Program-made: the position numbers and the translations under genes
The notes under the pieces: model-generated
What the model was told of the DNA's origin: nothing
Seen by the model: only the letters and a program-made list of their open reading frames with translations
Database searches by the model: none
In this document: in pieces, positions 49,668 through 60,003 of the stretch
How the letters are laid out: each line of letters opens with the position of its first letter
Position numbering within the stretch: the first letter of the stretch is position 1
Source: an uncultured Chitinophagales bacterium
Lineage (GTDB): Bacteria > Bacteroidota > Bacteroidia > Chitinophagales > JADIYW01
Assembly: GCA_964507125.1 (NCBI GenBank)
Contig: CAZDOT010000003.1
Span: forward strand, 916-64,915
Length of the DNA: 64,000 nt
Direction: 5' to 3'

Positions 49668-51512
49668 CTATAATTGCTGCAATGCCACCATTTTCTGATA
49701 TTCGCCTTTTAATTGCATCAAGTGGTTATGTGTTCCTTGTTCCACAATTTTGCCCTCTTTCAAAACGATAATTTCATCTGCAAATTGCACCGTCGACAAA
49801 CGATGTGCAATAATAATTGCTGTTTTATCACGTAACAAATTTTGCAACGCATCTTGTACTAACTTCTCGGCATTGCTATCTAAATGCGAAGTAGCTTCGT
49901 CTAAAATTAAAATCGGTGCATCTTTATATATAGCTCGAGCAATAGATAAACGTTGCTGTTCGCCTCCACTGAGTTTAATACCATTATCACCAATATTTTC
50001 ATCGTATCCATGCGGCATCTTGTCAATAAAATCATTGGCATACGCTAATGCAGCAGCTTGTTTTATTTTAGGCAAAAGCAGTGTTTGTCCTAATGCAATA
50101 TTATTCGCAACGGAATCATTAAACAAAAAAGATTGCTGCGAAACAAACGCCATCATACTACGTAAATCCGATTGTTTCATGGATTTTATATTAATGCCAT
50201 CTATGCAAATTTCGCCGGAATGCACATCAAAAAAACGCATTAATAACTGTATAAATGTAGATTTTCCGGCACCGGAAACACCTACTATAGCTAACTTCTT
50301 ACCTTTCTCAATTTCTAAATTTAAGTGTTTAAATACTTCATTTCCATCATATGCAAACGACACATTTTTCCATTCTATTTTGTGTGTCAACGTATTTATA
50401 TCAATGGTTTTAGGTGCATCTTTAATTTGAATTTCTTGATGTAATACTTCTTCAATACGATGTAAAGAAGCAATGCCTTTTTGAATAAAATAAAAGGCAT
50501 TGGAGAAAGCTTTTGCCGGTTGGATAATCTGCGAAAAGATAACAATAAAGGCTATAAAAGCTTCTGCACTCAATGGTGAAGTTTGATGAATAATCATCTT
50601 ACCACCAAAATATAAAACAATAACTACCACACTAATACCCAAGAATTCTGATAACGGCGTGGACAAATCGCGTTTGCGTATCATAGTGGTTCCAATGGCA
50701 GTGTGCTGTTCATTTATCTTCTTAAAATTTGCAGACAATTGCTGCTCTGCCGTAAACGATTTGATGACACGTATGCCGGAAATGGTTTCTTCTACCATTG
50801 AATTTAAAACACCTTGTAGTTGTTGTGATTTCGAAGATGCATTTTTTAATGTCTTGCCAATTCGTCCGATTATATAACCGGAAACAGGCAAGATAATTAA
50901 CACAAACAACGTCAACTGCGGACTTAATAGCAGCATTGTTATTAACGTAGCAAGAATGGTAATAGGCTCTTTAAAAGCTACTTCTACAAAATGTAAAATG
51001 CCGTACTCTACTTCTTGTACATCATTGGTTAAGCGCGTCAGCACATCGCCTTTGCGTTTATCCGAAAAATACAACACGTGTAAGTGCAAAATTTTATCGT
51101 ACAATTGCTGGCGAATATTGCCCGCAATTCCGGTTCGCATCGATGCTAAACTGTGTGCCGCCAAATACCGAAATAAATTTTTTATCAAAAACACACCAAC
51201 TGTAAACACGCATACAAACAACAGTGCTTTTGATTTACCAACTTCTATACTTTCACTATTTTGAATATAAGATATGAGTGTGTTGTTAAACGTTTGTGTG
51301 ATGTAATTTTTTATATCTAATAAATGAAACGATGTTGACTGTATTGTTTTCAATGCCAATTTATCAGCATTAAAAATGATGTTCAAAAATGGAATCAACA
51401 TCAAAAATGAAAAAATGGAAAAAATAGTGGACAGCAAATTAAAAAGGATACTCAGAACGATATTCGGAATATACGGTTTGCCATATTTTAATAAACTGCG
51501 TAAATCGTGCAT
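49668..51512 (-). CDS. ABC transporter, fused permease/ATPase (MsbA-like exporter)
   Basis: 614 aa with a six-TM domain plus a nucleotide-binding domain (GVSGAGKST, LSGGEQQR, ILILDEATS). Confidence 0.9.
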   Translation of the reverse strand: MHDLRSLLKYGKPYIPNIVLSILFNLLSTIFSIFSFLMLIPFLNIIFNADKLALKTIQSTSFHLLDIKNYITQTFNNTLISYIQNSESIEVGKSKALLFVCVFTVGVFLIKNLFRYLAAHSLASMRTGIAGNIRQQLYDKILHLHVLYFSDKRKGDVLTRLTNDVQEVEYGILHFVEVAFKEPITILATLITMLLLSPQLTLFVLIILPVSGYIIGRIGKTLKNASSKSQQLQGVLNSMVEETISGIRVIKSFTAEQQLSANFKKINEQHTAIGTTMIRKRDLSTPLSEFLGISVVVIVLYFGGKMIIHQTSPLSAEAFIAFIVIFSQIIQPAKAFSNAFYFIQKGIASLHRIEEVLHQEIQIKDAPKTIDINTLTHKIEWKNVSFAYDGNEVFKHLNLEIEKGKKLAIVGVSGAGKSTFIQLLMRFFDVHSGEICIDGINIKSMKQSDLRSMMAFVSQQSFLFNDSVANNIALGQTLLLPKIKQAAALAYANDFIDKMPHGYDENIGDNGIKLSGGEQQRLSIARAIYKDAPILILDEATSHLDSNAEKLVQDALQNLLRDKTAIIIAHRLSTVQFADEIIVLKEGKIVEQGTHNHLMQLKGEYQKMVALQQL

Positions 51513-51519
51513 GTAATAG

Positions 51520-51527
51520 CAAAGATA
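51520..51527 (-). promoter_or_regulatory. -7 box TATCTTTG for the ABC exporter gene
   Basis: The reverse strand matches TAnnTTTG, 7 nt upstream of the ATG at 51512. Confidence 0.45.
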
Positions 51528-51532
51528 TTATT

Positions 51533-51540
51533 TACTTTTG
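51533..51540 (+). promoter_or_regulatory. -7 box TACTTTTG for rbfA
   Basis: Matches TAnnTTTG, 4 nt upstream of the ATG at 51545. Confidence 0.45.
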
Positions 51541-51544
51541 TTTT

Positions 51545-51937
51545 ATGGAATCAATAAAACAAAGACAAGTAGCGAAAACCATCCAAATTGCCATGAGCGA
51601 ATTGGTACAGAAAGAAATACAACCCATGTTAGAAGGTGCACTGTTGACTGTTTCCGGCGTGCGTGTAACACCAGATTTATATACAGCACGAATATATGTC
51701 AGCATTTACAATCATGCCAAACCCGATGCTATCTTGAATATTTTGGATAAAAACAATAAACAAATACGTGGTTTTTTAGGAAATAAAATCAGAAATAAAG
51801 TGCGTTCCATACCACAGTTAGAATTTTTTAAAGATGACACATTGGAAGATGTCCAAAATTTAGAACGCATTTTTAGTGAGATTAAAAAGAAAGATGCGGA
51901 GATAGAACAACTCCGAAAAAAAGATGAAAACAAATAA
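51545..51937 (+). CDS. rbfA: ribosome-binding factor A
   Basis: 130 aa with RQVAKTIQIAMSELV...VSGVRVTPDLYTARIYVS. Confidence 0.9.
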   Translation: MESIKQRQVAKTIQIAMSELVQKEIQPMLEGALLTVSGVRVTPDLYTARIYVSIYNHAKPDAILNILDKNNKQIRGFLGNKIRNKVRSIPQLEFFKDDTLEDVQNLERIFSEIKKKDAEIEQLRKKDENK

Positions 51938-51960
51938 ACTCTTTTGTTTATACAAACGGC

Positions 51961-53199
51961 ATGAACCTCGAACTGCAAATAGCCAAACGTTACCTTTTTA
52001 GTAAAAAATCAACAAATGCCATTAATATCATTTCGTTGGTAAGTGGCGTTGCTATGTTATTTGGCACTATGGCACTCATCTTGGTTTTGTCAGTATTTAA
52101 TGGTTTGGAAGGTTTAATAAAATCGTTGTATGCTGTTTTCTATGCTGATGTTGCGGTGTTGCCGGCGCAAGGAAAATCATTTGAAATCACCGATGCATTA
52201 CAACAAAAATTAAAAAGCATTTCTTATATCGATGCGGCTACGTATGTTTTAGAAGAGAATGCACTTTTAGAATACAACGACCGTCAACATATTTGCACCA
52301 TCAAAGGTGTGGACAGCAATTATTTTAAAGTAGTACAACATTTCGATCAACATATCATTGATGGAAAAAAAATAATACAAAAAGACAGTATTCCGTATGC
52401 CATTTTAGGTGTTGGAGTAGCTCTTAAACTCGGCATGAATGCAGCAGCATCCTTTGAGCCACTTTCTATTTATATGCCAAAAAAAACATCGAGTTCGTTT
52501 GCATCAATGGAAAATGCATTTAATAAAAGTTATATCACAACGAGCGGTGCGTTTGCTGTTTCCGATGAATTTGATTCCAGATACACCATCGTTCCTATTT
52601 CATTTTTTCAGTCATTAACAGAAAATGAAAATCGGGCATCTAAAATTGAAATTCGACTTAAAAATCCACAGCAAACCAACGAAGCTATTCAAACATTCAA
52701 AAAAATATTAGGCAACGCATTCACCATCAAAAGTAGATACGAACAAAATGAAGTGCTTTACAAAATATTGAAGAGTGAAAAATGGATAACGTTTGCCATT
52801 TTAATTTTTATCATGATAATTGCAGCATTCAATATCATCGGTGCTTTATCTATGTTAGTTTTAGAGAAGAAAAAAGACATTGCCACTTTAACTGCATTAG
52901 GTTTGCAAAAAAACAGTATTCTAAAAATCTTTTTAATAGAAGGCATTTTGATGTCGTGCATTGGTGCGTTTTTAGGTATGTTATGCGCATTTATACTTTG
53001 TATTATTCAAGATAAAATTGGAATAATACCAATGCCGGGAAGCTCTTTTTTAGTCAACTATTATCCGGTAAAAATGCTATTCACCGATTTCTTAGCGGTT
53101 GGTTCTGTTGTTATGTTAATTAGTTTAATTGCGGCATACTTACCGGCAAAAAAAGCAGCAGAGGCCGTAGAGAAAGAATACTTGAGTTATCTTTCATAA
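51961..53199 (+). CDS. FtsX-like ABC transporter permease (LolC/E family)
   Basis: 412 aa starting LQIAKRYLFSKKS, with MacB-type topology and a C-terminal FtsX domain. Confidence 0.88.
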   Translation: MNLELQIAKRYLFSKKSTNAINIISLVSGVAMLFGTMALILVLSVFNGLEGLIKSLYAVFYADVAVLPAQGKSFEITDALQQKLKSISYIDAATYVLEENALLEYNDRQHICTIKGVDSNYFKVVQHFDQHIIDGKKIIQKDSIPYAILGVGVALKLGMNAAASFEPLSIYMPKKTSSSFASMENAFNKSYITTSGAFAVSDEFDSRYTIVPISFFQSLTENENRASKIEIRLKNPQQTNEAIQTFKKILGNAFTIKSRYEQNEVLYKILKSEKWITFAILIFIMIIAAFNIIGALSMLVLEKKKDIATLTALGLQKNSILKIFLIEGILMSCIGAFLGMLCAFILCIIQDKIGIIPMPGSSFLVNYYPVKMLFTDFLAVGSVVMLISLIAAYLPAKKAAEAVEKEYLSYLS

Positions 53200-53252
53200 T
53201 ACAAGTAAATTGTGATGAAATTAGTTTGTATCTTTAATCCATTAGCAAGCAC

Positions 53253-53795
53253 ATGAAAAAATATATTTCCATTTTATGCCTATCTCTTTTCTTTGTAGTT
53301 GGATATGCTCAAACAAATAAAACAAAAATTGAAGAAGCTGTTTTCACGAAAGGCTCTTTATATAAACAAGAAGTTTTTTCAGTAGATAATATTACCGCTT
53401 TCCGATTAGATGCCATAAAAGTAACTAATCTGGAAAAATTTGACATTACTACCGGTGTTCGAGTGGTTCAGAAAAGAATTTTTGGAAAAAATCCGGAAAC
53501 ATTTACCAATTACATCGATGCAAATGAAATAAGTGGTGTAATTACAGCATTACAATACATCAAAACTATCTTAAAAAGCAATACAGTTCCATCTAATTAT
53601 ACCGAAATTAAATACAGCACACCTTTGGGTTTTCAAATAGCCTTAATTACCATTTTAAATGAACAGGATAAACTTACTTGGGAATTTATGGCTCAACCTA
53701 ATTCATCTATTGAAAAAACACGCGTCAGCTTATCTTTAAAAGATATTGACACATTACTGAAAGCGTTTGAACAAGCTAAGCAAAAGCTCCAATAA
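53253..53795 (+). CDS. secreted hypothetical protein
   Basis: 180 aa with a signal peptide (MKKYISILCLSLFFVVGYAQ). I do not recognise a family. Confidence 0.6.
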   Translation: MKKYISILCLSLFFVVGYAQTNKTKIEEAVFTKGSLYKQEVFSVDNITAFRLDAIKVTNLEKFDITTGVRVVQKRIFGKNPETFTNYIDANEISGVITALQYIKTILKSNTVPSNYTEIKYSTPLGFQIALITILNEQDKLTWEFMAQPNSSIEKTRVSLSLKDIDTLLKAFEQAKQKLQ

Positions 53796-53933
53796 CACAA
53801 CAGCATCAATAGACTATTTACTTCAAGCATTTACAGAAACCAGCATTGTATATTCTGTGTCAATTTGTATTTGCAATAACGTTAAGAATGAAAAAAATCA
53901 GCATTTAACTGCTCATACTACTTACTTTTTTAC

Positions 53934-53941
53934 TACTTTTG
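53934..53941 (+). promoter_or_regulatory. -7 box TACTTTTG for guaB
   Basis: Matches TAnnTTTG, 3 nt upstream of the ATG at 53945. It overlaps the TTG at 53939 chosen by the ORF track. Confidence 0.4.
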
Positions 53942-53944
53942 CAC

Positions 53945-55432
53945 ATGGAAACACTCTCTCATTTTTCTACTACACATAAATTTGCCGGAGAAGGTCTTAC
54001 TTTTGATGACGTATTATTATTACCGGCTTACTCACAAATTTTACCACGAGAAACCGATTTACGCACGCAAGTAACGCGGAATATCAGCATCAACATTCCG
54101 ATTCTGTCTGCGGCTATGGATACCGTTACGGAATCTAACTTAGCAATTGCATTAGCTCGTGAAGGCGGAATTGGTGTATTGCATAAAAACATGTCTATTG
54201 AGGCTCAAGCTGCCGAAGTACGAAAAGTAAAACGCTCCGAAAGTGGGTTAATTACCGATCCTATCACTTTAAAACCTTCATCTCGCGTTGCTGATGCATT
54301 TGCATCTATGTCTGAAAATAGAATTGGCGGAATTCCGATTACAGATGAAAACGGCATTTTAGTTGGCATCTTAACGAATAGAGATTTGAGATTTTGCAAA
54401 GATAGAAACATGTTGATTGCCGACTTGATGACAAAAGAAAGATTGATAACTGCTCCGGAAAAAACAACATTAAAAGAAGCAGAAGATATTTTACATCAAT
54501 ATAGAATTGAGAAATTACCTATCGTTGACAAAAACAACAAATTAGTTGGCTTAATCACGTATAAAGATATTTTAAAAGTAAAAAATTATCCAAATTCCTC
54601 TAAAGATAATTCCGGAAGATTGCGTGTAGCAGCCGCTGTTGGTGTTACTGCCGATATGATGCAACGTATAGAAGCACTTGTAAGTGTAGGCGTTGATTTT
54701 ATTAGTATTGACACGGCACATGGACATTCACAAGGTGTACTTTCTGCGGTAAAAAATGCTAAAACTACCTTTAAAAATTTAGATATAGTAGGCGGAAATG
54801 TGGCTACCGGAGCAGCAGCAAAAGCATTGGCTGATGCCGGTGTAGATGCCGTAAAAGTAGGTGTTGGTCCGGGTTCTATTTGTACTACACGTGTAGTTGC
54901 CGGCGTTGGTGTTCCGCAATTAAGTGCCATTTACGATGCAGCATTAGCATTAAAAAACACTGGTGTTCCTGTTATTGGTGATGGTGGTATCCGTTACACC
55001 GGCGATATGGTAAAAGCCTTGGCGGCCGGTGCAAGCACTATCATGGCAGGTTCACTCTTTGCAGGCTCTGAAGAAAGTCCGGGAAAAACAGTCATTTTTG
55101 AAGGTCGAAAGTTCAAAACGTATCGTGGAATGGGCAGCTTAGAAGCAATGCAAGAAGGTAGCAAAGATCGCTATTTCCAAGACGTAGAAGAAGATATTAA
55201 AAAACTAGTACCGGAAGGTATTGTAGGCCGTGTGCCATATAAAGGAACATTGAGTGAAATCGTTTACCAATTTGTAGGTGGATTACGTGCCGGAATGGGT
55301 TATTGCGGAGCAAAAGATATTCCGGCTTTACAAGAAACAGCTCAGTTTGTGAAAATCACGACAGCCGGCGTTAATGAAAGTCATCCACACGATGTAACCA
55401 TCACCAACGAAGCACCAAATTACAGTAGATAA
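53945..55432 (+). CDS. guaB: IMP dehydrogenase
   Basis: Contains [11 protein letters not shown], tandem CBS domains and the catalytic loop [11 protein letters not shown]. Start taken as the ATG at 53945 (METLSHF...). Confidence 0.95.
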   Translation: METLSHFSTTHKFAGEGLTFDDVLLLPAYSQILPRETDLRTQVTRNISINIPILSAAMDTVTESNLAIALAREGGIGVLHKNMSIEAQAAEVRKVKRSESGLITDPITLKPSSRVADAFASMSENRIGGIPITDENGILVGILTNRDLRFCKDRNMLIADLMTKERLITAPEKTTLKEAEDILHQYRIEKLPIVDKNNKLVGLITYKDILKVKNYPNSSKDNSGRLRVAAAVGVTADMMQRIEALVSVGVDFISIDTAHGHSQGVLSAVKNAKTTFKNLDIVGGNVATGAAAKALADAGVDAVKVGVGPGSICTTRVVAGVGVPQLSAIYDAALALKNTGVPVIGDGGIRYTGDMVKALAAGASTIMAGSLFAGSEESPGKTVIFEGRKFKTYRGMGSLEAMQEGSKDRYFQDVEEDIKKLVPEGIVGRVPYKGTLSEIVYQFVGGLRAGMGYCGAKDIPALQETAQFVKITTAGVNESHPHDVTITNEAPNYSR

Positions 55433-55454
55433 TTCAAAATAGGCGAATTATATT

Positions 55455-57569
55455 CTAACTTACATTTTGCCAAAAACTCTTATTGGTATTTTGTTGCAAT
55501 AGATAATTTTTCAAAGAAAGATGTTCTACTTTATTAAACGTAGCATCCTCTTCTAATAAGGTGATAGCCGCTTTTCGGGCTTCTTCCACTATCGGTCCGT
55601 CGGTGGCTAAATTGGCAATTTTCAAATCAATATTTCCGCTTTGTTGCGTGCCTTCCATATTTCCGGGACCACGTAGCTCTAAATCTACTTCAGATATTTT
55701 GAAACCATCATTGGTTTCCACCATTGTTTGAATGCGTTTTTTGCCATCTGCTGTCAACTTTTGAGTTGTCATCAAAATACAAAATGACTGCTCGGCACCT
55801 CGCCCAACACGACCTCTTAATTGGTGTAACTGCGACAATCCAAATCGTTCCGCATTTTCAATTATCATCACACTTGCATTCGGTACATTCACACCCACTT
55901 CAATTACTGTAGTAGCTACCATTATTTGCGTTTCGCCTTTCACAAATCGTTGCATCTCAAAATCTTTATTTTCAGCTTTCATTTTGCCATGTACAATGCT
56001 CACATTATAGGTTGGCAACGGAAACGCTCTGCTAATGCTTTCAAATCCATTTTGCAAATCAATTAAGTCTAATTTTTCACTTTCATCAATTAACGGATAT
56101 ACGATATAAATTTGTCTTCCTTTTGCAATTTCATCTCGCATAAATTCAAAAACAGCGATACGTTGCGTTTCATAGCGATGCACTGTTTTGATAGGTTTTC
56201 TTCCAGGTGGCAATTCATCTAAAACAGACACATCTAAATCGCCATAAAGTGTCATCGCTAACGTACGAGGAATGGGCGTTGCTGTCATTACTAAAACATG
56301 TGGTAACACGATATTTTTCTTCCATAACTTTGCACGTTGTGCCACACCAAAACGATGTTGTTCATCTATCACTACGATGCCTAACTTATGAAATCGAACA
56401 GCATCTTCTAAAAGGGCATGTGTGCCTACAACTAATTGTATTTCGCCAGATGCAATGTCTTGTAAAATTTGCTTGCGTTCCTTTGCTTTGGTCGATCCGG
56501 TGAGCAGTGCCATCCGTACACCAATTTGCGTGCAATAATCTGACAATCCAATAAAATGTTGTTGTGCTAAAATTTCTGTAGGTGCCATTAATGCTGCTTG
56601 ATGCTGATTATCCACTGCCATCAACATCGTAAGAAAAGCAACCATTGTTTTTCCGGAACCCACATCACCTTGCAACAAACGGTTCATTTGTTTGCCGGAA
56701 AGTGTATCTTTTCGTATTTCTTTTAATACACGCTTTTGTGCATTGGTAAGCTCAAATGGTAAATAGTTATCGTAAAAAGATTTAAATGTAGTATCTATCT
56801 TTTCAAAATAAATGCCGGCTTCTCTCTTTCTTATTATTTTTAATTGCAACAGATTTAATTGAATTAAAAATAACTCTTCAAACTTCAATCGTTTTACTGC
56901 TTCGTTTTGTAATGCAAGTGTTTGTGGCAGATGTATATTCCTTATAGCATCAAACCTATTTAATAATTTATATTTTGACAGAATGGAAGCAGGCAACATA
57001 TCTGAAATATGTTCCGGTTTTAATTGGGAAAGTAAATGCTGCATCAACTTAAATATAGCTTTACTATCTAAGTTTTTTGTTTTCATTTTTTCAGATGTAT
57101 TATACATCGACCGAAATGTTCCGGCGGTTTCAGCATTAAAATCAGCCAACTTTTCTAATTCAGGATGCGTGATATTTAATTTACCATTAAACCAAGTGGG
57201 TTTACCGTATAAAATATAGGTTTCGGTTTGACTTAAACTTTTTTGCAACCACTTTAATCCTTGAAACCAAACCAATTCAATTTGTCCGGAATGATCATAA
57301 AAAACAGCCGTCATTCTTCTGGCTCTTCCGTTTCCAATTTCTTGTATGTTTTTAATTTTTCCTTTGAGTTGTATATAGGTTTGTGTATTATCTATATGTT
57401 CAATGGAATAAAATTGAGTACGATCAATATATCGATATGGATAGAGTTTTAATAAATCACCAAACGTATAAATTGCAGCTTCATTCTTTAATACGATTGA
57501 ACGCTCAGGGCCAACGCCTTTCAAAAATTCAATCGGAGTATCTAAAAAATGTTGCGTTCGTGTTTGCAT
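55455..57569 (-). CDS. recG: ATP-dependent DNA helicase RecG
   Basis: Has helicase motifs GDVGSGKT, DEQHRFG and QLHQLRGRVGRG. The start is taken as the ATG at 57569 (MQTRTQHFLDTPIEFLKGVGP), because the first 56 codons of the track ORF look non-coding and cover the promoter. Confidence 0.92.
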   Translation of the reverse strand: MQTRTQHFLDTPIEFLKGVGPERSIVLKNEAAIYTFGDLLKLYPYRYIDRTQFYSIEHIDNTQTYIQLKGKIKNIQEIGNGRARRMTAVFYDHSGQIELVWFQGLKWLQKSLSQTETYILYGKPTWFNGKLNITHPELEKLADFNAETAGTFRSMYNTSEKMKTKNLDSKAIFKLMQHLLSQLKPEHISDMLPASILSKYKLLNRFDAIRNIHLPQTLALQNEAVKRLKFEELFLIQLNLLQLKIIRKREAGIYFEKIDTTFKSFYDNYLPFELTNAQKRVLKEIRKDTLSGKQMNRLLQGDVGSGKTMVAFLTMLMAVDNQHQAALMAPTEILAQQHFIGLSDYCTQIGVRMALLTGSTKAKERKQILQDIASGEIQLVVGTHALLEDAVRFHKLGIVVIDEQHRFGVAQRAKLWKKNIVLPHVLVMTATPIPRTLAMTLYGDLDVSVLDELPPGRKPIKTVHRYETQRIAVFEFMRDEIAKGRQIYIVYPLIDESEKLDLIDLQNGFESISRAFPLPTYNVSIVHGKMKAENKDFEMQRFVKGETQIMVATTVIEVGVNVPNASVMIIENAERFGLSQLHQLRGRVGRGAEQSFCILMTTQKLTADGKKRIQTMVETNDGFKISEVDLELRGPGNMEGTQQSGNIDLKIANLATDGPIVEEARKAAITLLEEDATFNKVEHLSLKNYLLQQNTNKSFWQNVS

Positions 57570-57574
57570 CAAAG

Positions 57575-57582
57575 CAAAGATA
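57575..57582 (-). promoter_or_regulatory. -7 box TATCTTTG for recG
   Basis: The reverse strand matches TAnnTTTG, 5 nt upstream of the ATG at 57569. Confidence 0.45.
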
Positions 57583-57643
57583 GAAAAATATACACTTTCT
57601 GATTTTATTGATAAAAAACAAAAAAACATTTTTTGCAAATGAG

Positions 57644-57651
57644 TATATTTG
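57644..57651 (+). promoter_or_regulatory. -7 box TATATTTG for the amidase gene
   Basis: Matches TAnnTTTG, 4 nt upstream of the ATG at 57656. Confidence 0.4.
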
Positions 57652-57655
57652 ATAA

Positions 57656-59077
57656 ATGGGAAATAAAATAAACGCATTTGGTGATGATGCCTTAGGCACA
57701 ATGGACGCAACCGCATTAGCAGAAGCGATTGCAGCAAAAAAAGTATCAGTACAAGAAGTTACCGAAGCTGCAATTGCCAGAGCTGAAAAGGTAAATACAG
57801 AAATTGATGGTATCGCTATTAAAATGTACGACGATGCCAGAAATGCTGCCTTACAACCAAGAGGTGGAATTTTTGCCGGTGTACCTACTTTCGTAAAAGA
57901 CAACGACTTTATCAAAGGTTACCCAACGCAAAGAGGATCGAATGCTTTTGTTTCCAAGATTGCCAAAAGCAATAGTAAATACGTTAATCAATTTTTCTCT
58001 ACAGGTGTAAATTGCATCGGAAAAACAACCATTCCGGAATTTGGATTTATTTGTAGTACAGAGAATGAAAAATTAAACATTACAAGAAATCCTTGGAATA
58101 CAGATTTCACAACAGGTGGTTCTTCTTCCGGTTCTGCAGCTATGGTGGCAAGTGGTGTAGTTCCTATTGCTACTGCCAATGATGGTGCAGGCTCTACCAG
58201 AATTCCGGCTTCTTGTTGTGGTTTAGTTGGATTAAAATCTACACGTAAACGTGTGTATTATATGCAAGGCACTGAAACTTTGCCGGTAAACATTGCTTAT
58301 CAAGGAGTGCTAACACGAAGTGTGCGTGACACAGCCGCATTTTATGCAGCTGCAGAGCAATATTATTACAATAAAAAATTACCCAAAATAGGTCATGTGC
58401 AAGCACCACTTCAAAAACGTTTGAAAATCGCATTTTTTGAAAATTTGCCGGAAGGCAAACAAGGACACATGGATGCCGATACGTTTAGAGTGCAATTAGA
58501 AACAGCCAAATTATTGGAATCTTTAGGGCATCATGTAGAGATGATTAAAGTGCCTTTAAATATTGAAGAAACTACTGTTCACTATATTACCTACTACGGA
58601 TTTTTAGCGTATATGTCTATTAATTTTGGACGTTTGGCACATGGCTCCAAAGTAGATAAATCAAAAGTAATGGATTCCTTTACATTAGGTTTGGCAGAAA
58701 CGTTTTCAAATAGAAAATCCAAATTATTCAGCAGTATTCGTGCATTAACAAAAATTGCAAGACAAGCTGAAGAAGAATTAAATCCCAAATACGATGTTGT
58801 CATGACAGCCGTGAGCACAAAATGCACACCGGAAATCGGCTATTTTGCACCCAACTTACCGTATGATGAAGTATCTTGGCGAGGTTCGGATTTTGCGACC
58901 TATTTACCGCTGTTTAATATTTCAGGCGCTCCGGGAATTTCATTACCGTTAGGAACATCATCCAACAATATGCCTATCGGTGTTCAGTTCGTTGCTCCTT
59001 TTGGCGAAGACAGACTTTTACTGGAATTGGCACTTGAGTTAGAAGCAGCAAAACCTTGGAAGTTGATTTTTGAATAA
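57656..59077 (+). CDS. amidase-signature family amidase
   Basis: 473 aa with the GGSSSGSAA signature and a KDN motif containing the catalytic Lys. Confidence 0.88.
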   Translation: MGNKINAFGDDALGTMDATALAEAIAAKKVSVQEVTEAAIARAEKVNTEIDGIAIKMYDDARNAALQPRGGIFAGVPTFVKDNDFIKGYPTQRGSNAFVSKIAKSNSKYVNQFFSTGVNCIGKTTIPEFGFICSTENEKLNITRNPWNTDFTTGGSSSGSAAMVASGVVPIATANDGAGSTRIPASCCGLVGLKSTRKRVYYMQGTETLPVNIAYQGVLTRSVRDTAAFYAAAEQYYYNKKLPKIGHVQAPLQKRLKIAFFENLPEGKQGHMDADTFRVQLETAKLLESLGHHVEMIKVPLNIEETTVHYITYYGFLAYMSINFGRLAHGSKVDKSKVMDSFTLGLAETFSNRKSKLFSSIRALTKIARQAEEELNPKYDVVMTAVSTKCTPEIGYFAPNLPYDEVSWRGSDFATYLPLFNISGAPGISLPLGTSSNNMPIGVQFVAPFGEDRLLLELALELEAAKPWKLIFE

Positions 59078-59174
59078 GAATATCCATTGAAATTGGATAT
59101 AAAATTTAATTTGCACAGCTATTAATCATAAATTAACGTGTTGCTTGGAATTTTTTTTCCAATTCGAATGTTGT

Positions 59175-59182
59175 TATCTTTG
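59175..59182 (+). promoter_or_regulatory. -7 box TATCTTTG for the second TerC-family gene
   Basis: Matches TAnnTTTG, 12 nt upstream of the ATG at 59195. Confidence 0.4.
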
Positions 59183-59194
59183 ACAAAATAATTT

Positions 59195-59989
59195 ATGGAC
59201 TCGATACTACAGCACATCCTACACGACATTTCTATCCAACAAGCACTCTTAATCATCCTTAACCTTATCATCATCGAAAGTTTATTATCGGTAGATAATG
59301 CTGCGGTGTTGGCTACCATGGTAATGGATTTACCGAAAGAACAACGCAAGAAAGCACTAAAATATGGTATTATTGGTGCGTATGTATTTAGAGGTATATG
59401 TTTGGTGTTAGCAGCATGGTTAATCAAAATATGGTGGCTCAAAGCATTGGGTGGTTTGTATTTGCTCTATCTTTTTATCGATTATTTTTATACCAAATCT
59501 ACACCAAAGACAGAAGACGATTTATTAAACAAGAAAGAAAGCAAATTCTATAAATATACCATTGGATTGCTTGGCAACTTTTGGTCCACTGTGGCATTGG
59601 TAGAATTAATGGATTTAGCATTTTCCATAGATAATGTGTTTGCTGCCGTGGCCTTTACAGACAATATCTATTTAATTTGGACAGGTGTTTTTATCGGAAT
59701 TTTAGCGATGCGTTTTGTGGCTCAATCTTTCGTGAAATTGATGGAAAAATATACATTCTTAGAGAAAGCTGCATTTATAGTAATCGGAATTTTAGGCGTA
59801 AAATTATTACTGTCAATTCCGGCACATTATTGCACCGATATGCCAATTTTCAAATTCATCGAATCCGAAAAATTTGATTTATTTGTGTCGATATTAACGG
59901 TATTAGTTTTCTTTGTTCCGGTGGTTACTTCATTATTATTTAATTATCCAAGACATCAAACTATTGAAGAAGATAATCAAGAAAAATAG
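59195..59989 (+). CDS. TerC-family integral membrane protein (second paralog)
   Basis: 264 aa with LSVDNAAVLATMV and FSIDNVFAAVAFT motifs. Confidence 0.85.
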   Translation: MDSILQHILHDISIQQALLIILNLIIIESLLSVDNAAVLATMVMDLPKEQRKKALKYGIIGAYVFRGICLVLAAWLIKIWWLKALGGLYLLYLFIDYFYTKSTPKTEDDLLNKKESKFYKYTIGLLGNFWSTVALVELMDLAFSIDNVFAAVAFTDNIYLIWTGVFIGILAMRFVAQSFVKLMEKYTFLEKAAFIVIGILGVKLLLSIPAHYCTDMPIFKFIESEKFDLFVSILTVLVFFVPVVTSLLFNYPRHQTIEEDNQEK

Positions 59990-60003
59990 TTGTAATAAAT
60001 CCA

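Noticed and set aside
49750-50430. 226-aa plus-strand ORF antisense to the ABC exporter gene, long for an AT-rich genome
   Set aside because: It lies entirely inside a confidently called ABC gene on the other strand. The translation is Cys/Ser-rich low-complexity sequence with no motif or signal. There is no -7 box upstream. Long shadow ORFs opposite ABC ATPase domains are a common artefact.
57570-57737. 56-codon N-terminal extension of the recG ORF, overlapping the amidase gene start
   Set aside because: The extension (MLQSLLLMRLRPLCLRHHHQ...) has non-coding character, covers the divergent promoter region, and contains the TATCTTTG box. RecG homology begins at the Met at 57569.
59078-59194. 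Possible yybP-ykoY (manganese) riboswitch upstream of the TerC-family genes (also checked at 19185-19261)
   Set aside because: Both upstream regions are short and AT-rich, and they lack the conserved G-rich four-way-junction sequences of that riboswitch. Only a -7 box is seen.
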